In this document: one piece after another, positions 58,119-64,000 of the stretch
Numbering within the stretch: the stretch's first letter is position 1
Layout: each line of letters starts with the position of its first letter
Source: Gemmatimonadota bacterium
GTDB taxonomy: Bacteria > Gemmatimonadota > Gemmatimonadetes > Palauibacterales > Palauibacteraceae
NCBI GenBank assembly: GCA_039588275.1
Contig: JBDHAC010000005.1
Location: 34,309-98,308, forward strand
DNA: 64,000 nt
Direction: 5' to 3'
Notes under the pieces: generated by a model
Told to the model about the DNA's origin: nothing
Seen by the model: only the letters and a program-made list of their open reading frames with translations
The model's database searches: none
Translations under genes and position numbers: made by a program

Positions 58119-59483
58119 ATGCCGACCCGCACGCGCGTCCGGATGCGCCTGAGCGCGCGCGCCCTGCGCGTCATGACCGTGTGGGGGATCACGCTGTGGC
58201 CCGCAACGATCGACGCCCAGCAGCGCGACAGGTTCTTGGGCCAGTCGGCGTTGCTGTTTGCGGGTGGCACGGTGATCGATGGGCGCGGCGGCCCGCCGCG
58301 CCCGAACACCGCCGTACTCATCTGGGATGGGCGGGTCCAGGCCGTCGGGCCCACGAGCGACATCCCGATCGTCGAGGGCATGCAGGTGATCGACATCGAG
58401 GGCTACTACATCGTGCCGGGGTTCATCGACACACACGCCCTCCCGTCGGACTCCGCTGCGCTCGTGGAGATGATGCTCGCCGGAATCAGTGCGATACGGA
58501 GCCCCGGTACGAGTCGGTTGGCCTACGAGGCCGAGGGGTTGCAGCCCTACGACGGCGACGTCTTCCCCGACGTCTTTACCGGCGGACCGAGACTCGACGC
58601 GGGCGGTAGCGGCTCGACCGCCGGATTCCTCGTGAGCGACGAGGCAGAGACGGCCGCGGCGGTCCGCCGACTGGCTCGGGAGGGGGTAGACCTGATCGCG
58701 CTCGCCCCGCGGTTCCCGGTTCCCCTGACGGCCGCGGCGGTCAGGGCGGCCCGCAGCGAGCGACGACCCGTGTGGGCCGATCCCGGTGAGACCGGTTGGG
58801 TCGCCTCGGCGCGACTCGGAGTCGACGGGCTCAGCAGGATCGTGTCGGGGGATCCTGACCTCTTGAGCGCGGAGGAGCGTGAGCGCTACGCGCAGGCGCT
58901 CGCGGGTGCGCCTTTGGCCTCGACCGCGATCTGGCTCGACGGCCTCGACCCAGAGGGGCCCGAGGTGGATCGAGTGATCGGGGCGCTGCTGGCCACCGAT
59001 GTAGTCGTCGCTCCACTGCTGGCCGCGGGAAAGTCGCGGCAGTGCGTGTCGGAAGGGCCGATGACACCCGCGGAGTGCGCGGGCTGGCCGGATTGGGTTC
59101 GGAACCTCGCTCGCCAGGCTTGGCCGAAGGCGCTACGGGTGATCCGTCTGCTGCACGAAGAGGGAGCTCGTCTGGTCGTCGGATCCGATTCCCCGCTCAC
59201 CCCCCCCGGGCTTGGCTTCCACCGTGAGCTGGAGCTGCTGGTGCAGGCCGGCATCCCCCCGCTGGAGGTGATTAGCATGGCGACCCGGAACGCGGCCGTC
59301 GCCCTCGGAGTCCTCCACCAGCGCGGCACCATAGAGCCCGGCAAGCGAGCCGACTTCGCGGTGCTACGTGCCGATCCGGTGGCCGACATTCGGAACGCGC
59401 GCGCGGTGGAGTTCATGGTGCTGGAAGGAAGGGCCTGGGGCCGCTCCGAGGAAGGCGAGTTGGGCCGGATTCGGTTTCGCTGA
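58119..59483 (+). CDS. Exported amidohydrolase family protein
   Basis: VPGFIDTHA, VGSDS, ELELLVQAG, GTIEPGKRADF. Confidence 0.85.
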   Translation: MPTRTRVRMRLSARALRVMTVWGITLWPATIDAQQRDRFLGQSALLFAGGTVIDGRGGPPRPNTAVLIWDGRVQAVGPTSDIPIVEGMQVIDIEGYYIVPGFIDTHALPSDSAALVEMMLAGISAIRSPGTSRLAYEAEGLQPYDGDVFPDVFTGGPRLDAGGSGSTAGFLVSDEAETAAAVRRLAREGVDLIALAPRFPVPLTAAAVRAARSERRPVWADPGETGWVASARLGVDGLSRIVSGDPDLLSAEERERYAQALAGAPLASTAIWLDGLDPEGPEVDRVIGALLATDVVVAPLLAAGKSRQCVSEGPMTPAECAGWPDWVRNLARQAWPKALRVIRLLHEEGARLVVGSDSPLTPPGLGFHRELELLVQAGIPPLEVISMATRNAAVALGVLHQRGTIEPGKRADFAVLRADPVADIRNARAVEFMVLEGRAWGRSEEGELGRIRFR

Positions 59484-59500
59484 GCGCCCCTGGCAGCCTG

Positions 59501-60205
59501 CTAGATCGCCGCGGCGGCTTCGACGGGACAGGATTCGTCCCGGCGCCGCGTCAGATCCTGGATCACCACTCCCTTGAACCCATCCTCTCCCGCGCTCTCG
59601 AACAGCATGCGGCGGTACGCCTCGATATCGACGATCTCGATGCACAGGCGAACCCGCTTGAAGAAGCGCGGGAATCTGTCCCCTGGGGCGTGAACGTGGT
59701 GCAGGCCCCCACTGTACGCGAGCAGCATGCGTCCGCTCGGCACCGCTTCGATGATGTCTGCGATGCCCCCGCGGACCGTCATGGGCTCGCCGTGCGAGTC
59801 CAGGCCCGTCCGGCGCATCATCCGGCCCTCGGGCAGGATCACGACCAACGCCTGCGGGTCACCCACGCGTGACATCACGTCCGCCCACGTATGATCGCGC
59901 TCGCGGGTGACCGACACCACCTGGTGCGCGACGAATCCGAAGAACCGCCCCACCAAACGCCGGTCGGCCGTCTTCTGCGCCACCGGCACCACCCCATGCG
60001 CCGCGATCTGCCACAACAGCCGATTCGGAGCGACCGCCGCGTAGATAGGCTCGAACAGGCTGGTATGGTTCAGCATCGCGAGAATGCGCAGGTCTGCCCA
60101 GGGATCGGACGGTGGCGTACCGATCCACTCGAGTCGCGCGCGATACAGGACCCGACTCGCGTACTTGATGAGAAGGAGCAGCAGGAAGACGGCGTAGCTA
60201 CGCAT
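59501..60205 (-). CDS. PlsC-like lysophospholipid acyltransferase family protein
   Basis: NHTSLFE (HX4D-like) and LPEGR motifs. Confidence 0.8.
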   Translation of the reverse strand: MRSYAVFLLLLLIKYASRVLYRARLEWIGTPPSDPWADLRILAMLNHTSLFEPIYAAVAPNRLLWQIAAHGVVPVAQKTADRRLVGRFFGFVAHQVVSVTRERDHTWADVMSRVGDPQALVVILPEGRMMRRTGLDSHGEPMTVRGGIADIIEAVPSGRMLLAYSGGLHHVHAPGDRFPRFFKRVRLCIEIVDIEAYRRMLFESAGEDGFKGVVIQDLTRRRDESCPVEAAAAI

Positions 60206-60425
60206 CTCACATGAGTCTGACGATGGGTCGGGATCCCGGTCAAGACGGGACCCGCCTGCAGCCTGCAGAGAACACCCGGCAGGCGCTCGCGATGGTGGTC
60301 CCCGCCGGTGGCGCGCCCGTCCCCCTCGCCGCATCTTCTCGCGTCCCCGAGCGCCCGGCCGAGTTCACGAACTCGGCTTTCAGGCGCCGGGTCAGGGTGT
60401 TCACTCCCAGAGGGAAGTCCCGAAA

Positions 60426-60749
60426 ATGGTATCGTACTGGTTGGTGACGACGGCCGGTCTTCAGGCGCCGCCCGTGATGCCGATCGACGTGACGGCAGTG
60501 GTCGCGGTCGTGATGGGTCTGATGGTGGTCCTGATCCCCATCGCCGGCCTCACGGCCCGCTTCGCACTCAAACCGATCGCGGAGGCGGTAGCGCGGATGC
60601 GCTCGGGCCAGGGAGCGGGCCGCGAGCTGGCCGTGATGGAGCAGCGCGTGGCCCTACTCGAGCAGCAACTCTCGAACCTCGAGACGGACGTTCGAAAGAT
60701 CGAAGAGGTGGCCGACTTCGACCGGCAGCTAGAATCGGGAGAGAGCTAG
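60426..60749 (+). CDS. Small membrane protein with C-terminal coiled coil
   Basis: One TM followed by heptad-like MEQRVALLEQQLSNLETDV. Confidence 0.72.
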   Translation: MVSYWLVTTAGLQAPPVMPIDVTAVVAVVMGLMVVLIPIAGLTARFALKPIAEAVARMRSGQGAGRELAVMEQRVALLEQQLSNLETDVRKIEEVADFDRQLESGES

Positions 60750-60867
60750 CGGACAGCCTGGCGGGTCACAGAAGACCCGAGTATGTCGCGCTCGCGGGCG
60801 CAGCCGTCTCTTCGGACACCCGCGGACCAGCCCGTGCGTCGGGCCTGTTGGATGGAGGAGAAACAGC

Positions 60868-61762
60868 ATGAGTGAGAAGACCATTCGGCGTGTCGGCGGG
60901 ACCGGACGGTGCGGTGATGGTCGATGACCAGTTCGCCCCGCTCGCCGACAAGATCCGCGAAGCGCTGCGCGGGCTCGGCCAGGGCGGTCCGGAGGCAGAG
61001 CTCGAGTTCGTGCTGAACACCCATTGGCATGGCGATCACACGGGCGCCAACGTGGAGTTCGGGCCCGAGGCCACGATCGTGGCGCACGCCAACGTCCGTC
61101 GGCGTCTCTCCACGCGCGAGGACCTGGGCGGGGGGCGCACGCAGGAGCCGCAGCCGCCCGAGGCGCTCCCGGTCGTGACCTTCGGTGATTCCGTATCCAT
61201 CCACTTCAACGGTGAAGAGATCCGCGCGATCCACTTCCCCCACGGGCACACCGATGGGGACGCGGTGATCTTCTTCACCGGTTCGAACGTGGTCCACCTG
61301 GGCGACAACTTCTTCGCGGGCCGCTTCCCGTTCGTCGACCTGGCTGCCGGCGGGAGCGTCCAGGGACTCGCGACCGCGATCAGGGTGGTCGTGAGCGAGG
61401 TCCCCGCGGACGCGCTGCTGATCCCCGGACACGGGCCTCTCTCGACCGTGGATGACCTGCGCGCGTACAAGCGCATGCTGGAGGAGACGATCGACATCGT
61501 CGAGGAGCGAATCGCCGACGGCCAGAACATCGACGAGGTGAAAGCGGCGGGTCTCCCGGACGAATGGGCGGAATGGGGCACGGGCTTCATCAACACGGAA
61601 CGGTGGCTGGAGACCGTGTACCAGAGTCTGACGAGCGGTGCCGGCGACGGGCAGGCGGATGCCTCCGACGGCGGTGCGGCTCGGGCGCGTCACGCGACCG
61701 ACCCCTCGCACGGGGGTAACTACGGTTCCCGGCGCGAGTCAGGGCACGATCACCACCATTGA
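60868..61762 (+). pseudogene. MBL-fold metallo-hydrolase (cyclase-like), N-terminally deleted or frameshifted
   Basis: THWHGDHTG, HGHTDGD, GDNFF, IPGHG intact; RBS-linked ATG 60868 is out of frame (stop at 60925-60927); in-frame ORF starts at GTG 60872 directly into FGVSAGPDG. Confidence 0.6.
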
Positions 61763-61777
61763 GCGAGACCGAGCGAG

Positions 61778-64000
61778 GTGAGCGACACACCCGGTAACGA
61801 CGGACGCGGACGCGAGGGCACGGCGGACGGGTATAACGCCGGGTACGCCGAACGGCTCTACGAGCGCGCCCTCAGGGATCGCGGGCTGATCCCCCCGTCC
61901 CTCGCGGATTGGGTGCCGCCCGCACCGGACGAGGAGTCGGCCCCGCCTCCACCCCAACAGATCGCCGGGACCGTGGCCGAGGTCGTGGTCGCGGAAGACC
62001 TTCGTCTGGCGGCGATCGCCGGTGCGCTCGTGGAGGACTACCGCGCGTACGGCCACCTGGCCGCCGAGCTCGATCCACTCGGGTCGCCACCGCCGCGCCA
62101 CCCGTTGCTCTCGCCGGAGTTCCACGGCGTGCGGCGTGACGAGCTCGCCCACATCCCGGCCACCGCCCTCCAGCTGGAGCACCTGGGAGAGAGCGCCGCG
62201 GACGTCCTCGACCGGCTCGGGGAGATCTACTGCGGGAGCATCGGCTACGAGCTGGATCAGATGGAGAACCCCGCGCAGCGCGACTGGCTGGTCGATTACA
62301 TCGAGGCGGGCCGTCATCGACAGCCGCTGCCCGCGGACCGAGCCCGGCGGCTTCTCCGCCGCCTGACGCGCGTCGAAGGTCTCGAGCACTTCCTGCACCG
62401 CTCATACCTGGGTAAGAAGCGCTTTTCCATCGAGGGGCTCGACATGATGCTCCCGATGTTGACCGAAGTTCTCAGGATCGCCGGGCAGAACTGCACGCGT
62501 CAGGTCTTTCTGGGGATGGCGCACCGCGGACGACTCAACGTCCTCGCCCATATCCTGGGGCTCTCGTACGAATCGATCGTGGCGGAGTTCGAGGAGCAGA
62601 TCTCGCGCGGCATACAGCCGGTCCTCCCCGAGCTTGGCACGGGAGACGTCAAGTATCACATCGGGGGCCGTGGGCGAGTCAGCGAAGACGAGGTCGAGCT
62701 CGAGGTCCACCTGGCTCCCAACCCGAGTCACCTGGAGCACGTGAACCCGGTCGTCCTCGGCATGGCCCGCGGGGCGCGGTTCAACGACGAGACCGGCAAC
62801 CCGCTGTGCATGCTCGGGATCCTGATCCACGGCGACGCGTCGTTCGCCGGCCAGGGGATCGTGGCCGAGACGCTCAACCTGTGTCGGCTCGAAGCGTACG
62901 AGACGAGCGGGACGATACACATCATCGCCAACAACCAGCTCGGGTTCACGACGCTACCCGAGGAGGGCCGCTCGACGCGCTACGCCAGCGATCTGGCCCT
63001 CGGGTTCCGGTTGCCGGTGGTGCACGTCAACGCGGACGACCCGGAAGCCTGTCTCGCGGCCGCTCGACTCGCGGTCGAGTACCGCTTCGAGTTCGGCGAA
63101 GACATCGTGATCGACCTGGTCGGATATCGTCGTTACGGTCATAACGAGGGAGACGAGCCGGGCTACACACAGCCCATCATGTACGAGCAGATCCGCGAGC
63201 ACCCCACCGTGCGCGCGCTGTTCGCGGAGCGGCTGATCGACGCCGGGGTCGTGACCCCGGAGGATGCGCAGGGGTTCGTGGACGAGGTGGATACACGCCT
63301 GACCCAGGCGCGCGAATCCATCCAGGCCACACAGACCGAGGAGGCGGAGCCCGTCGCGGATTCCGACCCGACCGTGTGGCTGGCGGAGCCCCGCGAGGAC
63401 GCCGTCATCGAGACGCGCGTGGAGACGGACCGGCTTCGGTGGCTGAACGATGCGCTTCACCGATGGCCCGATGACTTTCAGCTGTTTCACAAGCTCGGTC
63501 GCCAGCTTGAAAGACGGCGCGGCCTCCTCGACACGGCCATCGACTGGGCACACGCCGAGTCACTGGCGTTCGGAAGCCTGTTGCTGGAAGGGGTGCCGAT
63601 CCGCTTTACGGGGGAGGACACGGAGCGCGGGACCTTCAGCCAGCGACACCTGGTGCTGCACGAGGCTGCCAACGTTCGCACGCACGTGCCAGCCAACGGT
63701 CGCACGCATGTGCCACTCGCGGAGCTGGCTGGCGACCAGGCGCCGTTCATCATCGCCAACAGCCCGCTCTCCGAGATCGCGACACTGGGATTCGAGTACG
63801 GGTTCAGCACGATCGCGCGCGACGCGCTCGTGCTATGGGAAGCCCAGTTCGGCGACTTCGTGAACGTGGGACAACCGATCATCGATCAGTTCATCGTCGC
63901 GGGCCGCTCGAAGTGGGGTCAGGAGTCGCGGCTCGTGCTGTTGCTCCCGCATGGCTACGAGGGGCAGGGACCGGAGCATTCCAGCGCCCGCTTGGAGCGT
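61778..64000 (+). CDS. sucA: 2-oxoglutarate dehydrogenase E1 component (3'-truncated by window end)
   Basis: GYNAGYAERLYE, KRFSIEG, GMAHRGRLN, GDVKYH, NPSHLE, HGDASFAGQG, WEAQFGDF, LLPHGYEGQGPEHSSARLER. Confidence 0.95.
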   Translation, partial: MSDTPGNDGRGREGTADGYNAGYAERLYERALRDRGLIPPSLADWVPPAPDEESAPPPPQQIAGTVAEVVVAEDLRLAAIAGALVEDYRAYGHLAAELDPLGSPPPRHPLLSPEFHGVRRDELAHIPATALQLEHLGESAADVLDRLGEIYCGSIGYELDQMENPAQRDWLVDYIEAGRHRQPLPADRARRLLRRLTRVEGLEHFLHRSYLGKKRFSIEGLDMMLPMLTEVLRIAGQNCTRQVFLGMAHRGRLNVLAHILGLSYESIVAEFEEQISRGIQPVLPELGTGDVKYHIGGRGRVSEDEVELEVHLAPNPSHLEHVNPVVLGMARGARFNDETGNPLCMLGILIHGDASFAGQGIVAETLNLCRLEAYETSGTIHIIANNQLGFTTLPEEGRSTRYASDLALGFRLPVVHVNADDPEACLAAARLAVEYRFEFGEDIVIDLVGYRRYGHNEGDEPGYTQPIMYEQIREHPTVRALFAERLIDAGVVTPEDAQGFVDEVDTRLTQARESIQATQTEEAEPVADSDPTVWLAEPREDAVIETRVETDRLRWLNDALHRWPDDFQLFHKLGRQLERRRGLLDTAIDWAHAESLAFGSLLLEGVPIRFTGEDTERGTFSQRHLVLHEAANVRTHVPANGRTHVPLAELAGDQAPFIIANSPLSEIATLGFEYGFSTIARDALVLWEAQFGDFVNVGQPIIDQFIVAGRSKWGQESRLVLLLPHGYEGQGPEHSSARLER

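Overview
A gene-dense, GC-rich bacterial segment of about 58 CDS. The repertoire (many exported amidohydrolases and peptidases, a membrane Ser/Thr kinase, ECF sigma factors, beta-propellers, Flp pilins) suggests a Gemmatimonadota-like organism; this is inference only. No rRNA, tRNA, CRISPR array or transposase was recognised. Housekeeping genes include mrcB (PBP1B), yjbQ, amrS/amrB, a serine/threonine dehydratase and a 3'-truncated sucA. Highlights: (1) a DUF411/CopG-type metal-binding lipoprotein whose first conserved Cys codon is an in-frame TGA followed by a SECIS-like hairpin, making it a candidate selenoprotein (U-G-C-C); (2) a module at 22.6-27.2 kb of ECF sigma, stand-alone zinc finger, large anti-sigma/TPR-like/Cys-less redoxin protein, a 66-aa exported Cys peptide and a six-bladed beta-propeller, with a shared upstream DNA motif, a candidate peptide-signalling system; (3) a PLP enzyme, PGM1-like ATP-grasp, class II amidotransferase and hemerythrin cluster; (4) an APC permease that appears to need a CTG start; (5) a frameshifted or deleted MBL-fold gene; (6) tandem repeats anchored on stop codons. 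All family calls come from motif recognition by eye; no database searches were run.
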